Shown: positions 16,501-26,122 of the stretch, in pieces
How positions within the stretch are numbered: position 1 is the stretch's first letter
Layout: each line of letters opens with the position of its first letter
Origin: a virus
Taxonomy: Duplodnaviria > Caudoviricetes
IMG/VR virus record: IMGVR_UViG_3300033076_001419
Span: 1-38,367 of that record
Direction: 5' to 3' (one strand)
DNA length: 38,367 nucleotides
Position numbers and translations under genes: made by a program
Notes under the pieces: model-generated
The model's input: only the letters and a program-made list of their open reading frames with translations
The model's database searches: none
What the model was told of the DNA's origin: nothing

Positions 16501-17143
16501 CGTGTCGAGCCTGACTGAGCCGTCCTACGGTTACGTGTCCGGAACGTCTGGTGGCGCCATTTTCTGCATGTACGGCAAGGCTCAGTCGTGGGCGGTGCAC
16601 AAGGTGGCAGCGGGAGGCGTCTCCGACAGCAATTTCTGCGACATGAGGGTCGTAAACTTCAACGGAAGGGCCATCACGTGCCTGCTTTCCGCCGACGGGA
16701 AGGTCTATGTGGAGAAAAAGCTCCACTCGAGCGGCAATTACCTCGACCCGTCGGGCTCTCCGGTGGCCGTAAAGCTCGCCACGCACTGGGTAAAGCTCGG
16801 AAATGCTGTAAATTCACGGTTTAGGCTCTATGACTGCGAAATGATTGGCATAAAAGCCACAAATCACGCAGTAACGATGAAAATTTACTACAATTATTCG
16901 AGTTCCGTTGGAATTACGAAGACTTGGCAGCCTCCGTACACCGATGCGACGCCCGAAGTGCTGCAAGTTCAGCCAAATGTGCAGCAGGTCATCTCGGCAA
17001 AGCTGGAAGTGTCGTACTCAGCCCCTTCTGACACGGGAACATACCCCGTAACTACAGGAGAGGGAACGAAGATTCTACAACTTGCTATGAATATTGGAGT
17101 GCAGGACGGTTTGCCGAGGATTCCGGCCGACCAGAAGGGGTAG
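13550..17143 (+). CDS. Tail nozzle / DNA stabilisation protein (T7 gp12 / P22 gp10-like), unusually large
   Basis: 1197 aa, beta-rich; N-terminal ENVQF...QTRHGY; propeller-like C-terminal repeats (GRLFVLKRDSVYVIDG, GIIFRSQRGL); synteny after the adaptor. Confidence 0.7.
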   Translation: MILSKSTVNVALTGLNEKVASEAADASVSLSVCENVQFIQGGVPQTRHGYAEVTSMSYTDGTVFDTNEFATRSAAFVGDNGYYVTSDQCRALRYTGTLSSPIRSFSPMVVQTQVGGVGNAYNGARSNFPKTITRCAPRKIANVRHITSQEQTGARSYDSPEGDSIVGLSDAYHYHGHANFPEGILVVVTTPTQGTSLNVNSAIPLFIVSVVDCATGKVLNQQKSSQTIYSGGALIPPEAMCVVGYGSTFAVVMAGHVSASPATVTAYYSTISDTVMPVFSSTTVATDFQTGGLMSASYDDTHATANRVYIKYHSTTTAQTSTIIRRLSTTDFSSLASATDNDDGFPPAGADFDAFGLYYDVVADEVVSVNCYSGTLAATLIKCRSADLASTYRGGATAWNGVGPYLNAVMYLSRVSIRHYWDDSLGSARKCFGLIGCITVAGTKAYDTWVQWAQFGQGSTYGGTSVDTILSTSVDAPQPQVILSSALVARPWCPMGQTRYFSLVPICHVSDLAVSAGIYQSHCTVYRVDGRSNVTLAFGGATDSPLPLYPNTSSRFPVACQVATGTLSLLTENINVASGKRSKRLSFVPVSRSSSSPPKSFFCCGIVDNTAFTARGSVYAVSASGIPAAPQSVAVYSMDHTMVSMSSTSGTAGDIASCGYPYNVDGGRLSEAHTPAAPVIYGSSPIAGLAIILVASEPSIQYRAMWEYEMESGNVMWSELSNPHTVDVTVPGNCTSIEVRIVPPVTSLTSPVNAIRCHLFRRSAISGGDRYVGTAYFANSTAFTAANYVSIFDTIGSSSIASMPAPYYDPTGVGSGSPLPRQRPAGLRKVIHHADRQFGIDEDGSIRFTGPLVTGENPWWSDAFSIPVPGGGQAEALASYGGRLFVLKRDSVYVIDGQGPPENGGNGSEFSAPQLVSGTIGISDPRALVVTPYGIIFRSQRGLEMLTPNGGVDFIGEQVQLTLDQYPYTVAAAYDPDADCVKFLVSSLTEPSYGYVSGTSGGAIFCMYGKAQSWAVHKVAAGGVSDSNFCDMRVVNFNGRAITCLLSADGKVYVEKKLHSSGNYLDPSGSPVAVKLATHWVKLGNAVNSRFRLYDCEMIGIKATNHAVTMKIYYNYSSSVGITKTWQPPYTDATPEVLQVQPNVQQVISAKLEVSYSAPSDTGTYPVTTGEGTKILQLAMNIGVQDGLPRIPADQKG

Positions 17144-17146
17144 ACC

Positions 17147-18055
17147 TTGAGCCGGATTTCGGATACTTGGGACGATGCCACTAGCAAGAAGGGTCTCGTA
17201 AACGCTGCGGCAGAAATGGGCAGGTCTCTACCTGGTCCCATGGGCGGAATGGTTGGCGCTGCTGCGAACGTGCTCGGAATTGGAGCTGAAGAGGAGGCCC
17301 CTCTCCCTCAGTACGAAAAGTTCAACTGGGACCAGTCCGCGTTCACGGGTAGCCCGGCCGAAATGGCTGCTCGCCAGAACGAAAGCGATATGCTCCGTCG
17401 CGGCATGCGGGAGATGCAGTTCTCCAAGCTTGGCCGAGAGAACGCCGGAATGTTTCAGGAGGCCCTGGGCCAGCAGCGCGCTGCCATGCTCGGTCAGGCT
17501 CCGTCCGTGGCACAGATCCAGATGCAGGACGCCATGAATCGAGCTGGACAGCAGCAGCAGTCAGCCGCCGGTAGCGCTCGAGGCGCCGGAAGCCTTGCCC
17601 TGGCCCAGATGAACGCCTCCAATCAGATTTCTGGCATCCAACAGAACGCTGCCACCCAGGGCGCACTGCTTCGGGCAAAGGAGATGGAGGCCGCCAGGGC
17701 TGGCATGTTCAGCGCAATCGATTCCGACCGTGCGGCGGCCACTGCTGGTGCGGCAGCCAAGGCGAAGGCAATGCAGGGGTACGGCGTTGGCCTCGACACC
17801 AGGTTCGAGGGAGACCGCAACCGTGGTATGGCCTACCAGGCCGGTCTTCGCGGTGAGCATGCCGCTGCGCAGGGCCGTTCGTTCCAGAATGTTCAGTCCG
17901 AGAAGGCTGCGCAGGCTCTCGAGCAGAAGGCGGCAGCGGATCAGGCGAGTGCCAATGCGCAGTCGGCTGTTGCGGCTGGCCAGATGGCGGCGGACCAGTA
18001 CAACAAGGAACAGGACCGCAAGGTTCGACTCTCCAAGACGACGCCGGCACAATGA
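17147..18055 (+). CDS. Putative internal virion / DNA ejection protein
   Basis: A/Q/G-rich helical protein (GQAPSVAQIQM) directly after the nozzle gene. Confidence 0.6.
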   Translation: MSRISDTWDDATSKKGLVNAAAEMGRSLPGPMGGMVGAAANVLGIGAEEEAPLPQYEKFNWDQSAFTGSPAEMAARQNESDMLRRGMREMQFSKLGRENAGMFQEALGQQRAAMLGQAPSVAQIQMQDAMNRAGQQQQSAAGSARGAGSLALAQMNASNQISGIQQNAATQGALLRAKEMEAARAGMFSAIDSDRAAATAGAAAKAKAMQGYGVGLDTRFEGDRNRGMAYQAGLRGEHAAAQGRSFQNVQSEKAAQALEQKAAADQASANAQSAVAAGQMAADQYNKEQDRKVRLSKTTPAQ

Positions 18056-18606
18056 GAACATCAAAAGACATCTATCCGGAATCGGACGACCACTACACCA
18101 AGGGTGGAAACCCCATGGCAGACGGGCTCGAGACTAACTTTGGGGCCGACGCGAACATCCCAGGCATGTTTGCAGCTCGAGGTACCAGGCCACGGCCGAC
18201 CAGAGTGGAAGCCGGCGGACTGGCGACAGATTTCGACCCACGGTCCAGGGCCGGACGCAATGGGCTTGCGGAGGAGTGGGAGGGCGTCGGAAGGGACACT
18301 CCTGTAGACCGTGACGGTGACCCGACGATTGAAAACAACATGCCAAAACAGCCGCAGGAGTTCGGCGGGATGGGCGCAGGTGGCATGGCATCCATCCTTG
18401 GCGTGCTTGGCGCATACAAGGGTCACCTGGACAAGATCGGCCGGAAGGGATACAAGCCCACCGCCAAGGACATCTACCAAGTCGGCGACCCTACTGGCGG
18501 TGGAATGTTCGGGAAGGAGGCCGCTGCGCAGGCGTGGGGCGGACGAGCCGTGAGGGCTATGCCTGGTAATTTTGGGTTCTCCGCATCGATGGGAAGGCAC
18601 ATATAA
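18052..18606 (+). CDS. Hypothetical Gly-rich virion-region protein
   Basis: ATGA-coupled ORF, 184 aa. Confidence 0.55.
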   Translation: MRTSKDIYPESDDHYTKGGNPMADGLETNFGADANIPGMFAARGTRPRPTRVEAGGLATDFDPRSRAGRNGLAEEWEGVGRDTPVDRDGDPTIENNMPKQPQEFGGMGAGGMASILGVLGAYKGHLDKIGRKGYKPTAKDIYQVGDPTGGGMFGKEAAAQAWGGRAVRAMPGNFGFSASMGRHI

Positions 18607-18770
18607 TGAAGCTACCTAGCGAATACATCGAGGAAGAGGAGCGCAACAAGGCTCTTGAGGGCGAGGCCGAGAAATCCAAGGCCATTGCTGAGCAGGAGCG
18701 CTTGCGTCGGCTCGCGGAGATGGCACTGCGCTACTCGACTTCGCTGCAGCAGGTTGAGGTAAAGAAGTAA
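18606..18770 (+). CDS. Small hypothetical protein (54 aa)
   Basis: Not in the track; MKLPSEYIEEGERNKALEGEAEK..., TAATG overlaps at both ends fill the gap exactly. Confidence 0.65.
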   Translation: MKLPSEYIEEEERNKALEGEAEKSKAIAEQERLRRLAEMALRYSTSLQQVEVKK

Positions 18771-20782
18771 TGAGCGAAGAAGGCAAGAAGAAGGCGGATG
18801 AAGTCCAGCTCGTGGTTGGCAACAACATCCCCGCCGGCCAGATTCCGAACTTGCTGCCAGCAATGCCGGAAACGCCAGCTCAAAAGCTTGCGGCCGCTGC
18901 GCTGCTAAAGCTACGCAATGGCAAGCCAGAGACCCCTCCACAGGGCAATCCGTTTATCAAGCCAGCTCCGTCGCCAACGGTTGACTTCACCAAAGAAGTA
19001 AGCCAAATGCAGGGCGAGGGATCTGGCAAGACGTCTGGATCTGTAGGTGCGCCTGTAGACCCAAACGCTCCAGTCGAACCCACGCCCACCACCGTTTCGC
19101 AGTACCAGGCCGGAACCATTGAAGCTGCCCCGCTAGACGTTGGAACCACCTCCCAGCCGCTCCCTCATTACATGACCGAGGGCAACACGCTCGAGTACAT
19201 GCCGGAAGAGAACCGGGCCATCTACTCCATGGGCGAGCTGGCCATTAAGCAGTCGGAGGATGCCGCCATCAAGGCAGCCAAGGCCAAGGTGGACTACGCT
19301 ACTGCCCTGGAGAACGAGGCCAAGCGCAGGGAGGCTGCTGCCAACAAGATCAAGGCCGCAGAGGCGGAGCGCATCCGACAGGAGCAAGAAGACATCCTGC
19401 GCAAGGACCAGCAAGCGGCCCAGGCTAGCGCTGTAGCTCTCATGGCAGGAAACTTCTTCGCGAACACCGAAAAGTTCAATTCGACCATCTTGGCCGCCGG
19501 CCTGGCGCGAGCTGGCCTGGTGGATCAGGGGTTGTCCGTGGTGCGCGACTCCATTGCTCGCGAGTACAACATGCAGCGTCAGGCCATTGAAGAGGCCAAG
19601 ATGCGTGGCGAGCGGTCTGACAACATGCTCTCTAGACTCCGCGGAATCTACCAGAGCGAGCGCGCTGCTGACCTGGCATTCGAGACCCTGGCGTCTGATG
19701 CGGCGGCACGGAAGCTGCAGGCTATGGCGGAGAAGTCGCAGGGCGCACTGGATGAGTCGGCGGCCGTTGCCATGGCCACACAGCTTCGCATGAAGAACCT
19801 CGAAAACATGCGTACCAAGAACCTGGCCGAGCGCAAGCTCACCTCGAACCCAGAGGTACTCAAGATGTCCGGGCCAGAGTTCGCTCGGGCTGTCGGCTGG
19901 GGCGCCGGATCTGCTGGTCAGGCAACCGGAGCGACGGTCGGTGGCGGAGGCGCTGGTCCACAATCTGGACAGTCGGCTACTGGCGGAGGCAGCACCGGAG
20001 GCGCAACAGCGGCAAGGGGAAAGGGCGGCCCAAGGGTATTTACGAGCCAGTTCGGACTCACTGCAGGATCGCCCGCCTACAACGCGGCAATCAAATGGGC
20101 CAAGACACAGGAGGGTCTTGAGGCCACTGATAAAGTCGTTAATATTCGAGACCCAAGGAGCGGTAACGAATACAGAAATGTTCGCATTCTTGCGCCCAAG
20201 GGTAAGGCCGTGTTCGATGCTGGCGGCGCCTACTATACTGTTGGTGACCAGAAGCAGCTGGAAGACCTGAACAAGATGAAGTCTGGGTACGTAAACGCCA
20301 GGACCAACGCAACCAAGCTCAAGTCTACGCTCGACAGGCTGGCGGCACTAAAGGTTGGTCCGGACGGCATCAGCAAGCAAGAGAGGCTCACGCTCGAGAA
20401 AGAGGTCGGAGCACTGCAGACAATGATGCAGAACTCGTGGTGGAAAACTTTTGAGCCTGGCGTCATGCAGACCGGAGAAGTAAAGAGGGCCGAGGAAGCT
20501 ACCGGATCTGCAAATACAGTAATGGCAAAGCTGAACAACTTGGCGAACCAGCTGTCAAAAGGCTCCGTTGGGCACACCGACTGGAACAACGACCTTGCGG
20601 CGGCCAGGGCGGGGGCGACGGTGATTGAATCCGTAGCCGCACAGTCCAGCCTCGTTGACCACCTGAACAGAATGGGGTTCGCGCCAGTGACGAGAAGCGC
20701 ACCGTTCCAGTACGACAAGAATGGAAGGGTTGTTCCGGTAACCGAGGGAAACCCGTCTCCAATCTACATGTTGGTGCAGTAA
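18770..20782 (+). CDS. Putative internal virion / DNA ejection protein
   Basis: 670 aa, coiled-coil and Gly-rich linker, podovirus ejectosome position. Confidence 0.6.
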   Translation: MSEEGKKKADEVQLVVGNNIPAGQIPNLLPAMPETPAQKLAAAALLKLRNGKPETPPQGNPFIKPAPSPTVDFTKEVSQMQGEGSGKTSGSVGAPVDPNAPVEPTPTTVSQYQAGTIEAAPLDVGTTSQPLPHYMTEGNTLEYMPEENRAIYSMGELAIKQSEDAAIKAAKAKVDYATALENEAKRREAAANKIKAAEAERIRQEQEDILRKDQQAAQASAVALMAGNFFANTEKFNSTILAAGLARAGLVDQGLSVVRDSIAREYNMQRQAIEEAKMRGERSDNMLSRLRGIYQSERAADLAFETLASDAAARKLQAMAEKSQGALDESAAVAMATQLRMKNLENMRTKNLAERKLTSNPEVLKMSGPEFARAVGWGAGSAGQATGATVGGGGAGPQSGQSATGGGSTGGATAARGKGGPRVFTSQFGLTAGSPAYNAAIKWAKTQEGLEATDKVVNIRDPRSGNEYRNVRILAPKGKAVFDAGGAYYTVGDQKQLEDLNKMKSGYVNARTNATKLKSTLDRLAALKVGPDGISKQERLTLEKEVGALQTMMQNSWWKTFEPGVMQTGEVKRAEEATGSANTVMAKLNNLANQLSKGSVGHTDWNNDLAAARAGATVIESVAAQSSLVDHLNRMGFAPVTRSAPFQYDKNGRVVPVTEGNPSPIYMLVQ

Positions 20783-20785
20783 GCC

Positions 20786-23218
20786 ATGAGTGGGCCCGCG
20801 GTCTACGTAAAGGACCACTCAACCGGCCAGATGGTCGGCTTTGAGAGTGCCGGCGACGCTCAAAAGTATGTTGAAACGTCGCAGGGCGGAGCGTCTATTG
20901 CCTCGGCCGAAAGCACCAACGCCACCAACCGGGCCCTGGCCGAGCAGCAGGCGTACGCGGAGAATCCGAGCCGGTACGAGTGGGAGGCCTACCAGGCGCA
21001 CGCCAAGGCCGTAGAGGAAGCTGACAAGCGGGCCGACTCTGGGATTGGCGCACTGCTGTCCCTCGCCGGCACCTCTGGCATGTTCGGTCCGCTGGGTCAG
21101 CTGGGGGCCGCTGGCGCTGTCGCCAAAGTGGGAACGAACCAGGCCCTTGGCCAGCCAGGAAGACTGAACATCGGAACGCCTGGCCAGGGGGCGCTAGGAA
21201 GCCAGATTGGTATACTGAACACCCTCACGCTGGGGCAGGGCACTAGGGCCATCGCCGGGGCATCGGAAGGAGCCAGGTCGTACCTCGAGTCGCAGCAGGG
21301 ATCCGAGGGTTACCAGCTCGGCCACAACATCGGTAGTGCGGCTGGGGCCATGACGCTCGGTGGCATCGGTGCAGCTTACCTTCCTGGCTACGCGGCGGCA
21401 ACCAGTGGCGCCCTTGGGATGATGGCTGAGGGCGGGGTCACTGGCGCCATTGCCGGAGCTGGCGACACGATCGGAACGGCAGCCATCAAGAACACCGAAC
21501 TCACGGCGGAGCAAATCCTGGCCGGGGCTGGTGAGGGCGCTATTATGGGCATGGTGCCTGGTGCCCTGTACGGCGCATCGAAGGCGGTAGGCTCTGGCCT
21601 GAGGGCCATTGGCAAGCTGAGCGAATCCAAGCTAGCCGCTTCGCCGAATGAGGCAGCGTTCAATGAGGCACTTCTCAGGCGAGGCATCAATCCTGAAGAG
21701 TTTGCGGCCAAGCTGGACACCCCACTGACCGGATTCCGAACCAAGGCCGACATCGAGTTCGCCGCCAAGAAGATCGACGATAGCTACAGCAAGGTGGCCA
21801 ATGAGTACTCTCGGGCCGTCCGGAGTCGTGAGGCCGCAGCAAGTGGTGCTACAGCGGATGTCGCTGCCGTAAGGAACAACTGGGAAACGGCATTCAACAA
21901 CAACGAAGCCATGTTCATGCGCGGCGAGACCGACATGCTGATCCCTCCAGAGGTCAAGCACGGAATCGACACGATCCTGAACAAGGCCCAGCAAATGGAA
22001 GGTGGTCTCACGCAGGCCAACTTCGAAAAGCTCAGCAAGATGGCCGAGAAGCTCCCTGCGGAATACCGTCAGGGTGCCGATTACGGCCTGGACATGCTGA
22101 AGTCCAGCCTATCCGACTCCATGAAGTCCTCGGTGCCTGGTGAACTCGGTCAGAAGATCGGCAGCCTATCCGAGCGCATGCAGGACCTCAAGCTGGCCAA
22201 GAACCTGCTGAAGGACATGAAGCCGGCGGGCGTCGTTCGGGCAGAGGGCGGGCCAACCCAGGCATCCAACTGGGAGATTGCTAGCCTCGTTTACGGCGTA
22301 GCCAAGGGCAACCTTCCGTCCATTGCGTACGGGGCCATCAAGGCCGCCACGAGATTGTCCGGAGCCAGCGCTATCGCGTCTCGCCTGGTGCCTACCGCCA
22401 TCGCGGGGGAGCGCTTTGCTCAGGCCGTACAGGGCGCAGCTGCCAGGACGAGGGGCGCTGGAGCCGGCCTTGTTGGCGCGTTCAACTCAGGGGAGACGCC
22501 AGACCGCAAGCCGATCGTCAGGAACCTTGACCGTGGCAACCTCGTTGACGCCGTGGAGGGCTTCCGCAAGATTGTAGAGGCTGGCCCGGACACGTCTCTG
22601 ATGAATAAGCTCGGTCCAGGCTTTAGCGACACCATGTCCGCCAAGGTTTCGGCCATCGCCATGAACGTCACCCGCAAGGCAGACCAGCTTGGTGTTGGCT
22701 CCACGAAGACCTCCATGTCCGCCTACGAGAGTCCCTACGGTGCGGCCGGATCCATCATGGAGTCCCGCCAGATGGCCAAGACCAAGGAGCGCATCAAGAG
22801 CCATGGCGCCACGGCATCAGAGATGATCCTGTGGGAGTACACCAAAACTGCCATGGACCCGGGCAAGGCCCTGGCCGACGTAAAGACTCTCTCGTTCACG
22901 AATACGCAGCTTGAGTCACTGCGCGACAACTACCCGAAACTGCTAGAATCTGTGATTGACGAGCTTATGGCACAGGTATCCAAGCAGGCCTCCGTGGGCA
23001 AGGTTCCGTCGCTCGAGACGAGGGCCAGGATGTCCAAGCTCATCGGCAAACCGGTAGACACCACGACCGACCCGGGCTTCTCCAGCCGAGTCTCCGTTGC
23101 TCTGGCTCCGCCAGACCCAGAGGGCGGCCAGGAGTACACCGGCGCTACCGGCAGATCAGGCAATCCGAGAATCAGCGAAACTAGCATGACGGAATCAGAA
23201 AGACTGGAGTCCAAGTGA
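20786..23218 (+). CDS. Putative large internal virion / DNA ejection protein
   Basis: 810 aa with long Gly/Ala hydrophobic segments typical of membrane-penetrating ejection proteins. Confidence 0.6.
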   Translation: MSGPAVYVKDHSTGQMVGFESAGDAQKYVETSQGGASIASAESTNATNRALAEQQAYAENPSRYEWEAYQAHAKAVEEADKRADSGIGALLSLAGTSGMFGPLGQLGAAGAVAKVGTNQALGQPGRLNIGTPGQGALGSQIGILNTLTLGQGTRAIAGASEGARSYLESQQGSEGYQLGHNIGSAAGAMTLGGIGAAYLPGYAAATSGALGMMAEGGVTGAIAGAGDTIGTAAIKNTELTAEQILAGAGEGAIMGMVPGALYGASKAVGSGLRAIGKLSESKLAASPNEAAFNEALLRRGINPEEFAAKLDTPLTGFRTKADIEFAAKKIDDSYSKVANEYSRAVRSREAAASGATADVAAVRNNWETAFNNNEAMFMRGETDMLIPPEVKHGIDTILNKAQQMEGGLTQANFEKLSKMAEKLPAEYRQGADYGLDMLKSSLSDSMKSSVPGELGQKIGSLSERMQDLKLAKNLLKDMKPAGVVRAEGGPTQASNWEIASLVYGVAKGNLPSIAYGAIKAATRLSGASAIASRLVPTAIAGERFAQAVQGAAARTRGAGAGLVGAFNSGETPDRKPIVRNLDRGNLVDAVEGFRKIVEAGPDTSLMNKLGPGFSDTMSAKVSAIAMNVTRKADQLGVGSTKTSMSAYESPYGAAGSIMESRQMAKTKERIKSHGATASEMILWEYTKTAMDPGKALADVKTLSFTNTQLESLRDNYPKLLESVIDELMAQVSKQASVGKVPSLETRARMSKLIGKPVDTTTDPGFSSRVSVALAPPDPEGGQEYTGATGRSGNPRISETSMTESERLESK

Positions 23219-23385
23219 AGATCGACCTTGATATTACGAAGACGATTGTATTCTGTGTCGTCTTCGCTGGTGTGTGCGTACTTGTAGGACTTGGCAAGCT
23301 TCCGGCCGAATACGTGAAGTACTTGTTCGTCTGGCTTGTTCCGAGTCCGGTTCAGGTTTCGTCCAAATCTGCGGAGGATTCGTAA
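23215..23385 (+). CDS. Small membrane protein, holin candidate (56 aa)
   Basis: Not in the track; MKIDLDITKTIVFCVVFAGVCVLVGLGKLPAEYVKYLFVWLVPSP...; 1-2 hydrophobic segments; GTGA and TAATG coupling. Confidence 0.55.
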   Translation: MKIDLDITKTIVFCVVFAGVCVLVGLGKLPAEYVKYLFVWLVPSPVQVSSKSAEDS

Positions 23386-23615
23386 TGGTTTTGAAGGTAA
23401 AGTCACTCGTTCCGGGCCTTGTGAGCCTCTTCTATCTGACCATTGTCCTCGCCCTGATTGGTGAGCTTAGCTGCAAGCCGTCGGAGCCCGTCATGGACGC
23501 TACTGCGGCAGCCATCTACGCGGCAGAACTGCAGGCATGCGTGGCCAACTCGAAGACGCTGAAGGAGTCCAAGGACTGCAGGGACGCGGTGGACCGTAAG
23601 TGGGGTGTAAAGTGA
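23385..23615 (+). CDS. Membrane-anchored protein or lipoprotein (spanin candidate)
   Basis: Hydrophobic N-terminus ending ELSC, then a helical domain with two further Cys; GGAGG RBS. Confidence 0.55.
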   Translation: MVLKVKSLVPGLVSLFYLTIVLALIGELSCKPSEPVMDATAAAIYAAELQACVANSKTLKESKDCRDAVDRKWGVK

Positions 23616-23779
23616 TGCCTATCATCGAGCTGGCAACTGCACTGGCCGAGCTGCTCCTGAAGCTGATGGGCCAAGAAGGTGCCAAGAAGCTACTCGATGA
23701 GAGGGCCGTAGCGATTGCCAATGCTGCAGCCGACGCCGCGGAGCGTGCCAAGTTTGGAGATGACAATGGCCAAGGATGA
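23615..23779 (+). CDS. Small amphipathic helical protein (54 aa)
   Basis: Not in the track; MPIIELATALAELLLKLMGQEGAKKLLDERAVAIANAAADAAERAKFG; TGATG coupling. Confidence 0.6.
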   Translation: MPIIELATALAELLLKLMGQEGAKKLLDERAVAIANAAADAAERAKFGDDNGQG

Positions 23780-24305
23780 TGACAGCGTCTATCTGATCGG
23801 GGCGGACTACGGTGACAAGCAGCTCCAGTGGGGCGAGCAGGGACCCTACCTCGCGCGTCTCCAAAGCGATGCATTGACCCCGAAACCGCGAGAATCCTCG
23901 TCGGCCAGCACTCCAAAGGATGCACCAAAGGCCCGACCGCTCACGTATGAGGAGATGGTGCGCCAGCTGCAGAAGTCTGTAGAGTCGCAGCGACCTAGCG
24001 GACCGAGCACTGCGGAGCGACTGCAGTCCCAGCGCGACCAGTCGGAACCGGACTACAGGAAGCTGGCGTCACAGGCTCTCACCAGGGTGCGACCTGAGCC
24101 ACAGCAGCCCAAGGGTCCCTCTCCGGAGGAGCTTTCCGCCGAGGCAGACAGGATGATGGGCCTCCTGAGCCTGCGCGATCAGCCCACCGTGGAGGCCACC
24201 GACCGACAGATGTCCGTGAATACTCAGAACCTCGACCAGAGCGCTGCCAAGCAGGACAAGTCGGCATTGGATACGGACATGTACGAGGTCTACGATGCCG
24301 ACTGA
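23766..24305 (+). CDS. Hypothetical low-complexity protein
   Basis: 3' part of track ORF 23715-24305; GGAG precedes ATGs at 23760 and 23766. Confidence 0.6.
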   Translation: MAKDDDSVYLIGADYGDKQLQWGEQGPYLARLQSDALTPKPRESSSASTPKDAPKARPLTYEEMVRQLQKSVESQRPSGPSTAERLQSQRDQSEPDYRKLASQALTRVRPEPQQPKGPSPEELSAEADRMMGLLSLRDQPTVEATDRQMSVNTQNLDQSAAKQDKSALDTDMYEVYDAD

Positions 24306-24936
24306 TGACGATACCAAAAAGAAAGCCGAGGAGGCCCTGGACGGCATCAAGAAGGGCCGGATCAGCAAGACTCAAAAGGACCGCAAGGCATCGAGACTTA
24401 CGCTTCCGCCGGCTGAGCCCATTGGGCAACTCTCCGACCCAAAGCCTATTCCTACGACGGACAGGTACATTGGCGCACCTGGGACAGTGTATATGCGAAG
24501 GTCAAGGGAGCCGGTGGGCGGTACGGCGGCCAAATCCAGCGGGTCATTGATTCTTCCGTCCGAGCGAGTCATGGCCGAGGAGAGGGCTATTGAAGAGAGG
24601 CGTGTCGCCGATGAGGCCAGGGCCATGGACTGGACCAATTACGGAAACAGGGCGCTGCTTGCCATGTCTCATCCAATCATAGCTGCAGCAATGGGAGGCA
24701 CGGCAACGGGAGAGGCTATCGGGAATGATATTCCAGTGGCCACCGGGGCTTACTCTGGTGAGTCTTCGGGACGTGAGAGGGGGGACGCAGCCGGATCGGT
24801 TGTTGGGTCACATATTCCGGAGTCTCGAGATACGAAAGCGTCATCCCCAACTCAGCCATACGTGAATGTGACCGGCCTATATACTCCAGGAATGTTCGCA
24901 GACAAAGAAACCTCTAAATCACCAAGGAAGCGTTAA
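24295..24936 (+). CDS. Hypothetical protein
   Basis: 213 aa, GAGG RBS, overlaps the upstream stop. Confidence 0.6.
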   Translation: MPTDDDTKKKAEEALDGIKKGRISKTQKDRKASRLTLPPAEPIGQLSDPKPIPTTDRYIGAPGTVYMRRSREPVGGTAAKSSGSLILPSERVMAEERAIEERRVADEARAMDWTNYGNRALLAMSHPIIAAAMGGTATGEAIGNDIPVATGAYSGESSGRERGDAAGSVVGSHIPESRDTKASSPTQPYVNVTGLYTPGMFADKETSKSPRKR

Positions 24937-24940
24937 GACC

Positions 24941-25333
24941 ATGACGGCAGCAACCAAGGGCGGGGATACGATCCTTCCGCCGAGACTCTCTGGCAAACAA
25001 AAAGTAGTCTACTTCACCACGTCCAACGCATCGGCCAGCAAGAGCCTGTTCGGTGAGACGGCGTTCACTGGGGCGCCCGCCGGCACGACGCCTACCGGCA
25101 AGTGCTACGTGTCGTTCGTTGCAACCGGAGAGACGGCGTACATCTGCCTGTCCACCGGGTCGTCAACCGTATCGGCCACGACAGGCTGGCCTCTCGCCGT
25201 CGGCGCACCGCAGGGATTCTGGATCGACGTCTCTGTCGACACCTACGTCTCCTACATCACCGCATCGGGCACTGGGACCATCCGATGGTATGTCTCCTCT
25301 CCGGAGTACGACATCCCGAATAGCGTGGTCTAA
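24941..25333 (+). CDS. Beta-rich virion accessory protein
   Basis: S/T/G-rich 130 aa ORF directly before the LamG-like gene. Confidence 0.55.
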   Translation: MTAATKGGDTILPPRLSGKQKVVYFTTSNASASKSLFGETAFTGAPAGTTPTGKCYVSFVATGETAYICLSTGSSTVSATTGWPLAVGAPQGFWIDVSVDTYVSYITASGTGTIRWYVSSPEYDIPNSVV

Positions 25334-26122
25334 ATGAGTAGGCGCAGCTACAGCAGGGGGCGCACTCGGTCGGTTGCAACTACCGCTGCTGCCGCGCCTG
25401 CCATTATCGATCCGCTAACACTGTCGCCGCTCTTTTGGCACGACGCCAGGGCCGCGTATATCAACGCGGGCAGCCCGACGAACAACGACACCGTCGCCAC
25501 GGCAATCGACAGGTCGGGTAACTCGAGAGACTTCGTCAACGCCTTCACATCGAACCGGCCGCAATGGAAGACGTCTCAGTTCGGTAGCGAACCGGGCATG
25601 GAGTTTACCCAGGCAACACCCGACTACCTCGCGCACGAGGGGGCGGCGATTGCTGTCCCGTCGGGGGTTACGTACTGGGCCGTGTTTAAGACTTCCACGA
25701 ACGACGCCACATCATCCAACCCTAACATCAATCCGCCAATGACCATCATGGGCGACAGCGGTGGCAACTCCTCGTTCAACATTGGACTGAGCGGCAACGA
25801 GGCACAGGCCTGCTATTGGAATGGCGGTTGGGCGTCACACACCTCGTCCGGGCTCTCTCTCGCTGACGGCAACCCTCACACGATTGCCTGCTCGCTTTCA
25901 TCAGGAGGTGCCCTCAAGCTCTACGCTGACGGCGTCCAAGTCGCATCTGCGTCGGGGCTCTCCTACTACGGACCGATGACCGTCTACATCGTAGGATGCG
26001 GTTACGGGACATACGACGCGTTTAACGGAGTCATTGCTGAGGACATGTGCTTCGGCAGCGCACTGACTGCCCAGAATATCGCAGACCTACACACCAGAGC
26101 CGAGTCCATTTGGGGAGTATAA
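25334..26122 (+). CDS. Concanavalin A / LamG-like domain protein (tail fibre or head appendage)
   Basis: WHDA, DRSGNSRD, LADGNPH, LKLYADG, FNGVIAE...SALT pattern characteristic of phage LamG-like domains. Confidence 0.75.
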   Translation: MSRRSYSRGRTRSVATTAAAAPAIIDPLTLSPLFWHDARAAYINAGSPTNNDTVATAIDRSGNSRDFVNAFTSNRPQWKTSQFGSEPGMEFTQATPDYLAHEGAAIAVPSGVTYWAVFKTSTNDATSSNPNINPPMTIMGDSGGNSSFNIGLSGNEAQACYWNGGWASHTSSGLSLADGNPHTIACSLSSGGALKLYADGVQVASASGLSYYGPMTVYIVGCGYGTYDAFNGVIAEDMCFGSALTAQNIADLHTRAESIWGV

